A DNA stretch of 64,000 nucleotides from Lama guanicoe. Lineage: Eukaryota. The notes beneath the pieces were generated by a model. The model searched no databases, was not told where the DNA came from, and saw only the letters and a list, made by a program, of their open reading frames with translations. The stretch spans positions 9,720,898 through 9,784,897 of the forward strand of contig MU054212.1 of assembly GCA_013239625.1 (NCBI GenBank). Reading direction: 5' to 3'. The number at the start of each line of letters is the position of its first letter. Position 1 is the stretch's first letter. Shown here piece after piece: positions 23,564 through 36,810 of the stretch. The translations under genes were made by a program, and so were the position numbers.

Positions 23564-25579
23564 CCACCAGTCGCTGCACTGCGGGAGATGGGTAGCAGGC
23601 AGGGCCAGAGAGAGCGAGGCTTGTTTAACTGCTCTGAGAGGGAAACCAGCAGCGTCCCTGGTCTCAGCCTCCCCGCCCTCGGCCTGCCCGCCTCCGCGCC
23701 TGCCTGTCCGATATGGAGATCGCCTCTCCCTCCTCCCCAGTTTGCCCGAAATGCAGAGCCTCACTACTGACTTAGGCACGCTGTTGGCCCCGGCCTGATG
23801 GGCTGGACTTCTCGGTGTACGGGAATGACACGGGCAGAATCTGAGCCCCCAGTCTCCCCAGCCTTTGCTGGACATGTGCAGGTCTTATGCCCACAGAGGG
23901 AGCTCAGTGAAGGCTTTGTGAGTTCCATAGAATTCCCCTTCTTGGAGCTTTACATGGTGGTTGGACAGGCTAAACTGGGGAGGGGGTCATTTTCCCCATA
24001 GGATCCCCTTCCCCATGCAGAGGGGAGCGTGGAGGACTTTGGCATGCCCCCTGAAACTGTCCCCACATACCGACAGACGGCTCTCTAACCCCATGATGTC
24101 CTGTGGTGTGGAGGTCAGCCTCTCTGACTCCTGTCTCGCATGTAAGGAGAGGCGATCAGACTCGCAAGGCAGAGGACTGATGAGTCCATTTGTCTTTTTG
24201 TCTCAGCCACCCTGAACCACACTCCCCAACAGTGGGTGTCCATGTCACCTCCGGGCCTTTGTTTCTGCTCCTCCCCACGCCGGGATGCCGCCTCTGCTTC
24301 TGGGTCCTCTACCAGATCCTCCCACCCTTGGAACCCTCCCCAGCTTCCCAGCCCTTGCTGATTTCTCCTTCCAACAAGCCCTTCCACATCCAAGTGTCTG
24401 AAACATAAAGACAGAGTTGGCTTGAACAGTTTTCTGCTCTTCTCGTCGGTGGGAACTCTGTCTCCCTAACTGGACCACAGCCCATGGGACTTCTCCTGTA
24501 TTCCAGACCAAGCCCTGGCATGGGGGCCTCATAAGAGCAGCTGAATTGCCCAGAATCAGAGAGGGGTGCGCTGCACCCCTTTGACTGCACACAGGCACTC
24601 AGGACCTGCCCGGTGAGGTGAATTAAGCTTACCTCTCTTCTCTGGCTCTTTCCTAACAGGTCCTAATTCACTTAAAGGACACAAAAAATAGATAGAAGCA
24701 CACCAACCAAGAAGTTCCAACCTCAGCATCCAAGACAGGCTATTTTGAAAAGACCAATAGCCAGGAGTCCTATATTATAGGATCAATGTTTAGAAAATGT
24801 GATTTTCTTTTTAAAAGCAGAAAAACAATCTCGCTCAGTGCAGGCAGGCCATGGTCCAGCTCTCGGTGGAGGAGGCCTTGCCCTCACGATCTCTGCCACT
24901 CAAGCCACTCTTCTGGCCAGGCTTTGGGCTTCACCCAACATCAATAAGGTAAGTTCAATCACAGGCATTTAGCAATATTTAACCTGAGGGCTGCGGCAAG
25001 GAAGGCTTAGCCAATGTGACTGGGATGCCGGCTTCAGTGAGCCAGTCCCTCAAGCCCTCACAGAGACGTTGTTCACGTCTTAGGAGGGGCAGGGGCCCTG
25101 GCTTTTGCTTTCAAGTCAGCTGTCCCCCATCCTAGGAAGAGCCAGAGCCATGCACAGTGACCCTTCCTTCATTGGTGACCTAAAGGTGGTGCCCAAGGTG
25201 GCAAGAGGCAGCTGGCAAGTGGGGATGGTGGCCTTGGGGGGGTGGGATGGAGCCTGGCACTATGTCATCTCTTCCCAGACACCTGCCCACGTGCCCACAG
25301 GACCCACCAAGAGTGACGACTGAACGGCTGATTTGTTGACTTTTGTACTCGAGACCCAAAAACCCACGTGACTGGAATCAGGAAGGTCATCTGTGGATGC
25401 AATGAAAGGTGCTTCACTCACGCACTCATTCTGCACCCAATTACAGATAGTCTATCATTGGCCAGGTGATGGAAGCCAGACCTCCGCATTAAAGGAGACG
25501 CCAGGTAGACACTACGCCTGCAACAGGCATGCCCGCCAAGCCAGGTCAGGGCTTATCAGTGGCACAAACGATGACAGGA

Positions 25580-25775
25580 AACACTCGGTGAGCCGGGGTT
25601 CTATGCTGGGGATTGTTCTGCGTGCTTTCCACGGATTGTCTCATTTAATGCCATAACTCTATAGAACAGTACAATTATTGCCCCCATTTTGCAGCTGAGG
25701 AAACTGAGGCACTGCAAGATGAAAGGCTGGCCGAAGGTCTTGCGGCCAGGTCCGTGGTAGGGCTGGGCTGTGAGC
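25580..25775 (-). mobile_element. MIR SINE
   Basis: gattgtctcatttaatgcc ... attattgcccccattttgcagctgaggaaactgaggcac. Confidence 0.9.
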
Positions 25776-26059
25776 TGGGATGGGCTGCCTGCAGCGTTGC
25801 GGCCTTAACCATGGGCTCTGCCCCCCATGGAGGAGGGCCCTCAGCTCTGCCCGGGGGAGGGTCAGTGTGGGGCCACCTGAGTCGGCCTGGAACCTACAGT
25901 GGCCTCTAGGGAAGGATGTGCTGGTGGAAGGGCGATGTATGTGCAGAGACACAGAGCCGTGGGCAGCAGGGTGAGGGGGGGCCCCTGGAGTGTTCTGGGG
26001 GGCTGAAGCCCCCAAGCTCCGGCTCCTTCAAAGCCGGACGCCTTCCCCAGCACCCTTCC

Positions 26060-26215
26060 TTGGCCTCCCCCTTGTCCGTCCTTCCTTTCCTCTTTCTATC
26101 CTTTCTTTCCCGTCCTTCCTCCCTTCCCTTATTCCTCTTTTTCCCTCCTCTCTCCTTCCTGCCTCCAACTTCCAGCATCCTCTCTTTCCCTTCCTCCTTC
26201 CTCTCTTTCTTTTTT
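26060..26215. repeat. Pyrimidine-rich (CT/CCTT) low-complexity tract
   Basis: cttcctttcctctttctatcctttctttcccgtccttcctcccttccctt... Confidence 0.8.
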
Positions 26216-26509
26216 GGTCTCATGGCTGGTACCCCATATGCTCTCTTGTCCGTCTACTTAATTCCCATCCTGACCACTCCAGGATACACCATTTTTCCCA
26301 TCCCGAAACAGCGGTAACATCTGACCCCCTGGCTTCTGTCGCCAGCCAGCTGGTGCCTCTGGGAAAACCATTTAACCCCCGTGGCCTGATGGTTTCCGTC
26401 AGCAGGATATCTGGATCCTGGGAAAGGGCTGCGACCTGGGAGGGAGATGGGTCTGGTTCTGACAGTACCCTCTTCCTTGTTCGGGAACCATCCCTGCCCG
26501 TCGGGTTGC

Positions 26510-26630
26510 TTGGGCAGTTTCCATAGCCCCTCCCTCCGGGGCCTCAGCTTCCTTACCTGGGAAATGGGAATAATGGCACTTATCTGCTGGGGTTGTGGGA
26601 CCAGCAGAGTGCATGGCATATAGTTAGTGG
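26510..26630 (+). mobile_element. MIR fragment
   Basis: gggcctcagcttccttacctgggaaatgggaataatggcacttatc. Confidence 0.7.
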
Positions 26631-27472
26631 CGGGGGAGTTACCATCACCACTGTTGTCAGTAGCAGCAGTTGTGATGCGATGCTAACGATTCCCTACCGT
26701 GTGAAAAATAGCTTTGGCATTTCTGCGGGCTAGCGGTGCCTGCTTCCCTTGCGTGGGACCTGCACGCCGCCCACCACACGCACTCACACTGCAGGGGCGC
26801 TGTGCGGCCCTCCTGCCCCGGCACAGGCCAGGCCGCGGGGGGCAGAGTGACGGAGGGTTTGCATTGAGAGTGTAGGAGGCAAGTGTGTTTGGTTTACCTC
26901 GTGTATCTAATATGCTAATGACAGGAGGCAGTAATGAGCTGGCAGGGACCTGGGTGACAAAGAGCTGGCTTCATGCTTCCCCAAAGAGGCTCTTCAGTGT
27001 CAACAGTTTCTTTTGTGAGAGGAATACGGGCTGCGAGGGTTGGGGCGAGGACAGCTGGGGGTGTCTCTGTCAAGTGTAGCGCAGGACGCGGCGGCAGCAT
27101 TGGGAAGGGGGGTTGGGCTGCCCTGCGAGGGTGGGCATGGTCACCTCCACCCTCGTGGGGAGGAACGGATGTGGACTGGGCCCTCACATCTGTGTTACTC
27201 ACTGGTTTCCCCCAAGGACCCTGTGAGTTCCCAGATGGCAGGGCCAGCCCGTCTGCCATGGACCCTGGTAAGTCCTACCCCTGACAGAGGGCCAGATACG
27301 GCAACAGGAAGTGCAGGGTGAGGGACGGACACTGGTTCGGCATCTGAACACTGACTGAAGGCAACTTCTTGCTAGGTAAACCGCAGCCTCCAGCAAGTCA
27401 CTGGCTCTCTCTGGATCTCGGTTTCCTTTTCTGTGAAATGGGTTTGGCATCCCTGCCCATGAATCTGTTTCT

Positions 27473-27979
27473 TGTGAATGAAAAATATTGCCCGCCATAT
27501 CAGTAAACAAAGGATGCTGTGGCCATCAAGTCATCAGCCACTGCTGCCACCCCCGACAGTGAACGGAGGGAACTCAGGATGCAGACGAGCATGCAGCCTG
27601 GCCTCTGCTGCCACCCCCAGCAGTGCCCGCTGAGGGCACTCAGGATGGGAAAGAACAGAATACTGGCCTTAGATGGTTAAGGTTCCTATCAAAGAAATGG
27701 TTTCAATGGGCTCAGACTCTTGTGCCTTCCCATGCATAGAAAAGCGCCAAATTCCTTCATTTGTAATAACTGGTTTTGTTTAATGAACAGTAATCTAAGA
27801 TTCCGACTACTTGGTCTTTGTTGCAAAAACCCCTGTGTATCCTGGCTCCTCCCCTGTCTCTTCGGACCAGTTTCTTAGAGCCATCTGAGAGGCTGTGTCC
27901 TGGGCTCGAGTCCCCCAGAAGCCCAACAAATAGAACATAACTCTCAACTTTCAGGCTGTGTGCATTTTTTCAGTCGACA
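27473..27979 (+). mobile_element. ERV1-class solo LTR of a second family (MER41-like cetartiodactyl LTR)
   Basis: TG start tgtgaatgaaaaatattgcccgccatatcagtaaacaaagga; CA end ataactctcaactttcaggctgtgtgcattttttcagtcgaca; internal direct repeat; no clean TSD seen. Confidence 0.75.
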
Positions 27980-29939
27980 GCCCCAGCATCCGGCCCAATC
28001 CTGGCACCACGTGGGTCCTGGCAGATGTTAATTCATCCGTGAGTGAACGGGTGGAGGAGTGAGGGACCGGGAAGGGTACATTATTGTTCTTTTACGGGAG
28101 GAAAGGTCGCGTCTGAACGTCAAGGTGAGGCAATCATTCCAACAGCACATGGCCGGTCAGTGAGAGAAACAGCTGAGGCCCAGCGCCCGGCCTCCTGGGT
28201 TGAGCGAGGTGGGCAAGACTGAGCGAGGGCTGCAGGGCCCGGCGCAGGCCTGAGGAGGTGAGAGCAGGCCCGTTGGGCATCCTCGTGGAAGGCCCCAGAC
28301 AAAACATGCGGGCAGCAGACTGTCAGCAGATGGAGGCGTGTCTCCAAGACTTTGCACCGAATGGAAGGGAACAGGGAGGGCAGGCTCACGCGAGCGGGTG
28401 GGGGCCGGATCCCAGCCGCATCCCCGCCCCCGCCTGGGGGAGGGAGGCGCACGTCTGGGCCGCTCATGTGTCCCACAGGTCTGTACAGTCCTAGTCTCAG
28501 TTCTCAGCAACCTGGAGAGAGTCTGCAGGCAGAAGGAGTGGGCTGAGAAGGGGATTTTGCGGGGACCCAGGCCCGGGGCTCCGTGAGCTGTGCCAGGTAG
28601 AGCCAAGCTGACGTTGTCTGCTCTGGCCATGTCTCAGTCTTTGCATCCTCAGGTTTTACCCTTTCTTTCAGCTTCCTAGACATTTCCTTTAGATCTCTGT
28701 TTTGTCTTGGCTGAGCTGAGTGTACCCTATGGCCAGGAAGGCCAGCTTGGGCCTGTTCTACTCCCGGGCAGCGGTGGCCCTTGTCAGAGACCCCTGTCCC
28801 CACTTCACATACTGTGTGAAGTGCGGGGCTGACCTCAGAGGTCCCCAGTGGTACCAGAAATGTGGACTGGAGGCCAGGCCAGGTGTGAGCAGAGGGTCCA
28901 GGACTGGAGTGACCGGAAGTGGGAGTGGCAGGAATGTAGAGAGAGACCCTTGATGCAAAGGCCTCACAGACAGACATGCGAAAACACCTGAGGCTGGAGG
29001 CTGCAACTTGGATCAGAGGCCAGATGGGGGCCCTGGCCTTCTGGGGACCTCAGGCTTCCTTGCCTGTAAAATCCCGACCAATCAGAGCAGCCGATGGGTG
29101 CTGGGGAATGTCCCAGGAATGAAAACCAGAAGGAAGATGCCGAGCTCTGTGTTTTAATCCTGCTTCTACCTGTTCCTCCTTCAGCCTGAAGGCCCAGGTA
29201 GACCAAGGTATGGGCCCTGGCTCTGGCAGACCTCTGAGGCCTGCTGCTCTCAGTTCTTTCCCGAAGTCTCCCAAGGCACCTGCTCTTTGCCCAGCCTGGC
29301 ATGGGGAGGGAGGGAGGGAGGGAAGGACGGGAGAGGAAGACAGGCTACTGGAACTCGGCGACATCCAGCCTGGGGCAGGGACATGGAGGAAGACTGAGAA
29401 AGGTGACCAGTGACCGTGGAAGCCTGGGGAAGCCAGGGTCAGTGTGGGTGGTGGGCAGGGGACCCTTATGGAGGCAGCAGTGTCCCTTCCCCAGGACCTT
29501 GACAGAGGAGGAAGGAGGGGGTACCACTCCTGGTGGTTGGAGCGAGCGTGCTCTATGTGGGGACCGGCAGGGCAGCAGGCATTTGCAGTGAGACTGTGTG
29601 CTCTTAGAAATGCACCCCTGTGTTGGCCAGCACAGGCTAGCCCAGCCTTACCCTCTCCTCCCTCCCCCACCTCCTTTCCGGTCCTCCCCCACCAGGTGTC
29701 TGTCCAGGCCAGGCTGAGGGTAGGAAGTGGGGGAGATTCACAGAGCTCAGCGGGCAGCAGAAGCCATCAAGTTTTGCATCCCGGGTGGTTTCACGGCACA
29801 GGCTGCCTCTGCCTCCCACGGCCGGTCCCCCCATGAACCGCGAGCCACAGCGCTGCCTGCCTGTTTTTGTCGGCGAGTCTATATATAGCGACGGAGATGC
29901 ACACTCTGGAATTGGATTTGATGTAGCCCTCTGGACTCG

Positions 29940-30125
29940 AGCTAACTTTTGGGGAGTAGTTTTCTTGGGAGCCTGCCAGTCCAATTCCTCCCTCATGAAC
30001 ACTAATTACTGCACAGACCTTCTCCATGAAATCGGTGCTGAAGCCATTTCCATCCAGGCGGCTCTCCAAGACGAAATTTTTCTACTGGGAACCGACAGCC
30101 GCAAATAAACCTAAAATATATGGGA
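29940..30125. promoter_or_regulatory. Candidate non-coding regulatory element
   Basis: Non-repeat block with retained CpGs, ctaatta, gcaaataaac (forkhead-like) and ctaaaatata (MEF2-like) motifs. Confidence 0.35.
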
Positions 30126-31289
30126 GGCGGGGAGGGAGGGAGGGCTGGGAGGAGAGGGCTCGGCTTCTTTTCTGCCTTCTGTTCTTTATTTTTCAGAAAG
30201 GGTGTAATCAGCGCTCTCGGGAAAGGTGGTACAGGGTGTCCAGGAAGCCAGGGCAGTGGCCCAGGAGGAGGGGCCCAGTACCCGCTCTTGGCTGCTTGAG
30301 GCTGGCTGGATACTGCAGGGAGAGAGCCCCCTGGCCTCTCCAGGATTTTTTCTTCCTTCCCCACCCTAGCCTCCCTCATACTCCCACAGGTCTGGCCCAT
30401 GCCTAGCATCCTCGGCCTCACCTCCCCGAGGATGGCCTTCTTCCACATCTCTGCCTGCTGAGTTCTCATTCATCAGCCAGGGCCTGGGCACCATCCCACC
30501 TCTGCCAGGTGACGCTTCCCTGACCCCGCTTGGAAGCCCCAGTCCTTCCATTCTGAACTCCAGAGGCCTGTGCCAGGCACCCAGCAATGGAATCTGTTTT
30601 GCTCTCTGCCCATCAGCTGCCAAGGAAGGGGTGAGCACCCAGGTGGAGGGGGGACCTGGCAACACCAGGTCCCACCAGGTACATCACCACACCCTTGAGA
30701 AGTAGACACCTTCTCCTCAACTTCGCCCAAGACAAGCCCGAGTTCAGGGAAGTCAGGCAGGATGTTCATGGTCACTTCATACCTTGGAAGAGGCAGGGCT
30801 GGGATTTAACTGCACGAGTCTGCGTCCCGAGGCTGGATGCTGTGCTCTGTCTCCTGGCTCCCCGGGATGGTTCTGGGGCAGTGCCGGCTTCTCACCCACC
30901 TCTGCCTCCAAGGTCAGCTCTGGACTCTGTACTCAGCCCCTGTTCTAGAAGCACTTGCACCCAAAGGACGGGAAAATTGCCCCCTGAGCTTTCCCCAGGC
31001 CCAGGGCAGGCCCAGCGAGCTCTTATGACCACTGGCCATTTGCAAGATTCCAGCACTCCAGCCAATAAAGCCAGAGAGGTCCTCAGAGCCTGCTGGGGGT
31101 TTTGACACATTGTACCAACCTTGTCCAGTCGGCAAAAGCACTGCTCTCTCCCCTGGCAGAGCTCCCTCTGCATCTTGTGCCCAGAGATACTCTCCACCAG
31201 GACCCCAGCCCACAAGTCACCTTTCCCAAATCCCTTAACTTCTGTTTTCTGAGACCTGTGGCCTGGGAGAGGGCACTCCCCTCCCCAAG

Positions 31290-31420
31290 TGTGGTTAAAA
31301 TGGGGCTAGTGCCACTTCTGCCATCAAGACTTGGTGAGTCCCTGCATCTCTCTGGGTCTCAGTTTCTCCATCCATCAAATGGGTACAATGATTCCTGCCC
31401 TAGCTCTCTTACCTGGGTGG
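31290..31420 (+). mobile_element. MIR fragment
   Basis: gacttggtgagtccctgcatctctctgggtctcagtttctccatccatcaaatgggtacaatga. Confidence 0.75.
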
Positions 31421-31784
31421 AGACCACATTAGAGCTACTTGGATGCTGGATGTCTCCCTCAAAGCCCCTGTTCCATGCACCTGGCCTCAGGCTCACCCTG
31501 GACCCTCCTGTCCCTGCCTACCCATCCAGTATGGATGAGCCAGGCCAGAGCTCAGCTCTCCTCTCCAGCAAGAAGCAACCAGACTAACAGAAAACTCCCA
31601 CTGAGGGAAGGAGAGAATGGTTTTCTGGGGCAAGGAGGGGAGAGAAGCCCCCAAAGAGCTCTCTCTTTAAAAAAGCCTCAGGCTGGAAATCAAGAGAGTG
31701 GGTTTATGCCCAGGGCCTTATTTGCAGGAAGGGAGTGGAGATGGATGAGCTGATCTCCCAGCCCTTTCCTTGTGGATATCCTGA

Positions 31785-31980
31785 GGGAGTTAAGAACGGG
31801 GCTCACACACTGCTGGGCTCCACTACCTTAGCTGCGCAGTTTGGGGCAGGAGCCACTGTCTCCCTCAGTTTATCCACCTGTAAAATGGGAGACTAACAGC
31901 ACTCATCTCACTGGGTGGCTGAGGGCTGAATGAAAAGAGATGTGTCTGGAGCAGGGAGCACCCCTGGTGTGCAGTCAGCA
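31785..31980 (+). mobile_element. MIR SINE
   Basis: cctcagtttatccacctgtaaaatgggagactaacagcactcatctcactggg. Confidence 0.8.
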
Positions 31981-32837
31981 CCAGGGTCAGTGTCAGCTCC
32001 TAGTCCATGGACCGTGTGGTCCCAGCCGGCGACAAACATTGCCTGGGCGGGCACTGTGCACACATTTCCTCACTTAGCGCACTGGTTCTGCTTTCATTGT
32101 ATGTATGTGTGAAAAATGTGGAAAGTCCCGGAGGCAGGACCAGAGTGCTGCCTGGAAGTGTGGCTCTCCCCCAGATTCTCAGAGCCCCGCACAGCTCCGG
32201 GCATCTGGCTGCTGGGAGAGGCCTGTCCAGAGGATGGGCCTAAACAGTGAAAGAGGCTGGTCACCACCAGGCCTGGGGCCCCCGGGGGTGGCCGTCCTCA
32301 GGCAGCCAAGGGCTACTCAGGCTGAGCCTTGTAAGGTGAGGGAGGGCCTGGGGGCTCCTGGTCGAAGAGAGGAGGTGCCAACTGCCCAGCAGGAAGTGGG
32401 ATCCTCACATGGCCCGTTCCACCTGCCAGCTTCTGTCTGCGTGGCTGCACTGAGCCTGACACCAGGCCAGCCAGGCCCACCCACAGCCCCGGGAAAGCAG
32501 GCCGGGCTCCACGCACCCTTCCTTTCAACAGCTCTTATGTTTTCTGGTTTTGCTTCCCTGCATAGATTTCTGGTTAATCTTTAGTAAAATTCTAATCTCC
32601 CATCATCAGAGCTGAGCTGGAACGGACACATTCATTGTGGGGGCTGTCCCAAGGGGAGTGTGGCATGGTCACGTCTGTTCTGGATGGAATGCAGGCACAG
32701 TGGGCTTTGGGGGGCCAGGTGGGGATGACTGCAGGGCTAAGCCCTTTGCACCTAAAGTAAGTGCTCTCCTCCCAGGGCAGCACCCCTAGGGAGCATCCCT
32801 GGAAACAAAGAAAACCCCAGAAACAGGCAGGGAAAAG

Positions 32838-33020
32838 GGTGGTCAGAGGCACAGGCTCTGATATCAGACAGTTCCTGTCTGGGCTCCACCACTTCCTGGC
32901 TGTGTGATCTTGGGTGAGTTCCTTAACCTCTCTGAGCCTCACTTCCCAAATGGTACAATGGGATCGACCCAGGTCTGTTGTGACACACGCAAAGCTCTCA
33001 GCGGAGTGCCAGGCCCCATG
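32838..33020 (+). mobile_element. MIR SINE
   Basis: ggctccaccacttcctggctgtgtgatcttgggtgagttccttaacctctctgagcctcacttccc. Confidence 0.9.
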
Positions 33021-36000
33021 TGTGTTCCTTTTGTAATGCCACTGAGCAGAGGTTTCCTCTGGATTTTGCATCCCTCCCTGAGCCTGCCTGGGACACGCCT
33101 TTCACTGGGATGGTAGGGTGGTAGCCTTGGCCTCATTGGCAGGTGTCTCCTCCAGGGCTGTGGGCCCCACCGCGCCTTCCAAAGCCTCAGCCCACATCTG
33201 TGTTGCCCCCTCCCTTCCCACCCCGACGCCGCCCCACTGTCCTTTCAGCATTCTCTGAGCAGAAAAACAAATCAAAGTTGCCTGCGTGTCTCGGAGCTGT
33301 CTCGGAGCCCTCGATGCTCCTGCGAAGCGATCCCTTGCTTCCCATTACCCACCCCAATAACTCTTGTATATGGAGTGTGAAATAATTAGGAGTGGCAAAA
33401 ATAATTTAGGAAACAAGAAGAAACTAATTGTATAAGCTTGTTTGGAGAAAACACAACTGACCGAAAAACCCATTGTGCTGGGAGATGTGGACAGCCCGAC
33501 CAGATCCCCCGAGGTCAAGCTGAGGGCTAGCTCACCTGGAAGGGCCCCTTGCAAAGCCTTCACTCAGGACCGTCTGCCCCCACCCTGATCCTCCAAGAAG
33601 GGCCCACTGGTGCTGCAGCCGGGACAAGCCATCCTCACGGGCCCAGGGGTGACTTCCCTTCTATGCCCTCGTCTCGGGCCATCCTGCAGAGGCAGGTGGG
33701 GAGGGAGGTTGGGTTGCTGCCCAGAGCAGTATCATGTGGTCACGTGGGCTTGGCAACCCCCCTGAACGTGAGCTGGGGCCACAGGCAGGCTGGAACATTC
33801 CTGTTCCCTCTCCCACCTGCCTGCCTTTGCCACTCAGCCTCCCCAGCCCCAACAGACGCCCACTGCACAGTCAGCATGCATCGCGCACTAACGACGCCGA
33901 GCTTCCCTGGGAAATGGGGAAAAACATCCGGTGCCGCGCGTTTTATGGCCCTGCTAACTTAGAGAAGTTTGCTTCCTCCTTGAGCACTTTGCCAACTCCT
34001 GAGCTCCTGCCCAGCCTCCACCCCACTAGCTCCTTACTTTCTGGGAGGTGGAGGGTCAGGCGCCTTGGTTTCCAAGTGGCAGATGAGGGGTGAGGAGGAG
34101 ACAGTTTCGAGGTAGGATAATGAGGGGCCAGAGAGACGGAATAATCTGCAGAAGGTCACCGTCACCAGGAAGGCCGCTTGGGGTCTGACCCGGGCTGCTG
34201 GCTCTCGTCTTCCTCATAGTCTGGACGGCTCAAGGCCTGGATCCTGGTTGAGCCCAGAGGTGGCTTCCTCTGCTCCCTTGGGACCCTGCTCAAGGCCCCG
34301 GAACCCCCTGCCCTCATCTGACGGAGAGCTGGGCGCAGGGTGGGGAGGAGGCCTCCCCTTCCCTGTACACCCCACCCGCTTAGATGAGGACACTGGCATT
34401 TGTCTGGAACTGATGTATAAAGTTATTCCAGAGGACAGAAATCTCACCTGTCTCCCTGTAAGCACCTGTCTGCGATCTTCCTGCTCATCTTCTCGTGTCT
34501 CGGCCGTTACCACCGCCTCCTAATCTGTCCCTTGTCCTCCTGTGTCTCAGTCTCAGGCCAGCCTGGGGACTGTCCTAAAGCCAGGTTCTGATCTGTTTCT
34601 TCCTTCCTTTGCAAGCATTTGCGACTTCTTATTTCCTCTAAAATCAGCCTTGCCTCCTCTGTGGCACTGGTCTCTCTCATCCACCTTAGTCAGGTCTCAA
34701 CGTTGGAGGAATTATTTGAAATATGGGCTCCTGGGTGAGAAGGCAACTGACTGAGAGCAGACCTGGTTTCAGATCTGGTCATCTGCCCACTGCACTGTTT
34801 TCAGCTGGAATCACAGTGGCTCCTGTGCAACCCTTAAGCCGCAGTGGCCCGATGTCCACCTCCCAGACACACCACGACCTGCTGCACATCGCTGCCTGGA
34901 GGGCTCAGGGCGCCTTACTTTCACCTGTGCAAAGCGGGGACCGTTATTTTGCTCACACCTGGACCCCTTCTCTTGGAGCCCAAGCCAGAACTTGGAAGTA
35001 CTGCCTCCTCCATCCTCCTCACCTGCCCCACTGCCCTCTCCAAAGTGCAATTCTCCTCTCCATTCCCCCCAGGCCCAGAACTGTCACCACATGCAGAGTT
35101 TTGAGTTTCTCTCCTGCAACTCCTGAGAGCGGCCATCTCCTCCCCAGCATTTCCGGGCGGGCCTCATCTGGGCCTCTCCTTCTCCACTCCTTTTCCCTGA
35201 TTGGCTGAAATCTGGTGCCAAGCTGCAGTGGCAGAGGAGAGACAGGGTGAGATTGGTCAGGGCACCTCAGAAGCCAGAATGAGACACAAGGGGCCATGGA
35301 GCCAACGGAGATTGTGGTTGGTGAACGCCAGGGAGGGAGTGGTGTGTGCGCACCATCAGCCTGGAAACAGCAGGTGGGACCAGGCAGGGGAGAGCATTTG
35401 GAGGCGGGAGGGCAACTCCCTACAGGCAGACCCCTCTGGGCCATTTGCTGTGCTAATTGCCTGACAGAATTACAGGGCAGGTGTCCAGGACTTGGGCTGT
35501 GGTCTCATCCTACACTTGGCAGCTGAGGTCTTTTGTGGGGTGGGAGTCGGCTGGAGTGTTATGGAGATAAGTGTGGAGTGGCGCCCCACCCCCTGCCTCC
35601 TGCTAGGCTGATGGATGGCACTGGGTATGCATAGGTAGGGCATGCCTGTTCTCCAGGCTGACAGATGCCACAGGTGCAGCTGCAGGGGACACGAGCCAGC
35701 TGCTCCCATCACATCTGCGTATGTGCTGCTCAAGGTCACACTGTGAGCTCAAGTGGTCTGGTGGGCTGCAGGCTTGGAGCCCCCTCACTACCGTCGGTGG
35801 GTTCCCTTCGCTAACCATTTCTTCCTGGCTGGGGAAGCAGAGGTGGGAGGTGGGGAGGGTCCTTTCCCTCAGAGTCAAGCCCTCTCAACTGTGCACATGC
35901 CAAAGACACAAACCCTGAGATTAGAGTCTCTGTGTGTGAGATTAGAGTCTCAGTCTTTTGGCTGAGAACAACCATCTCTGCAGTCCGTAGTCACCTGCCC

Positions 36001-36290
36001 CTGGGGTCACTTCTGCTGCCCCAACCCATTCTGCTGCCTCCTGAGACTTCTGTTCTGAGTTTCTGGCACCTCTCAATTGGTTGACCTAGGCCTGATCTAT
36101 CTGAACCTCAATTTTGTCAACTGTTTAAAAAAAAGGAGCTAGAACTTATCAGACAGGGTAGCTCCTAGGATTAGTGAGGGCATGATATACAGTAGGCACA
36201 TAATAAGTGTTGAGTTAATCTGGATCAAGGGGGAGACCTTGAAACAAACAAGTCAGAAATTTACAATAAATAAGAAGACATGATCTTATC

Positions 36291-36810
36291 TTATCCATAT
36301 GATCCAGCAATTCCACTCAACTATATATTCCAAAGAATTTTGAAGGCAGGCATTCAAATAATTATTTTGTACACATATATCCACAGCTAAGCTATTCACA
36401 ATACCCCCAAAGGAGAAAAGACCCAAATTTACATCAACTGATGAACAGATAAACAAAATGTGATATAGCTGTGCAATGGAATATTATTCAGCCCAGAAAA
36501 AGGACGGAACATCTCAGCTATCCAATGTGGGTGAACCTTGAAAACCTTATGTACAGTGAAAACAGCCAAACACAAAGGCCACAGACTGTATGATTCCATT
36601 TATATGTAACGCATAGCGACAGAAAGACTAGTAACTGCAGTGACTGGGAGGAGGTGGGGACGGGGATATCTGTTTAATGCCTGTGGGGATTCCTTGAGGG
36701 GTGATGAAAATGATTTGGAACATGATAGAAGTGATGGTTGTATGACACAGTGATTGTACTGAATGATGAGGAGTTGTTCATTTTAAAATGGTTAATGGTT
36801 AATTTGAAAA
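36291..36810 (+). mobile_element. L1MB-like LINE-1 fragment (degenerate ORF2 C-terminus plus 3' UTR)
   Basis: tatgatccagcaattccactc encodes YDPAIPL, an L1 ORF2 C-terminal motif; also gataaacaaaatgtg, atggaatattattcagcc, tgtatgattccattt, ggggtgatgaaaatg, ttcattttaaaatggttaa. Confidence 0.92.

Noticed and set aside
35916..35951. tgagattagagtctc duplicated with 21-bp period
   Set aside because: An ordinary short slippage duplication with no other support.
36298..36560. L1 ORF2 as a coding region
   Set aside because: Only a short YDPAIPL remnant is readable before the frame degenerates; it is a dead repeat fragment.
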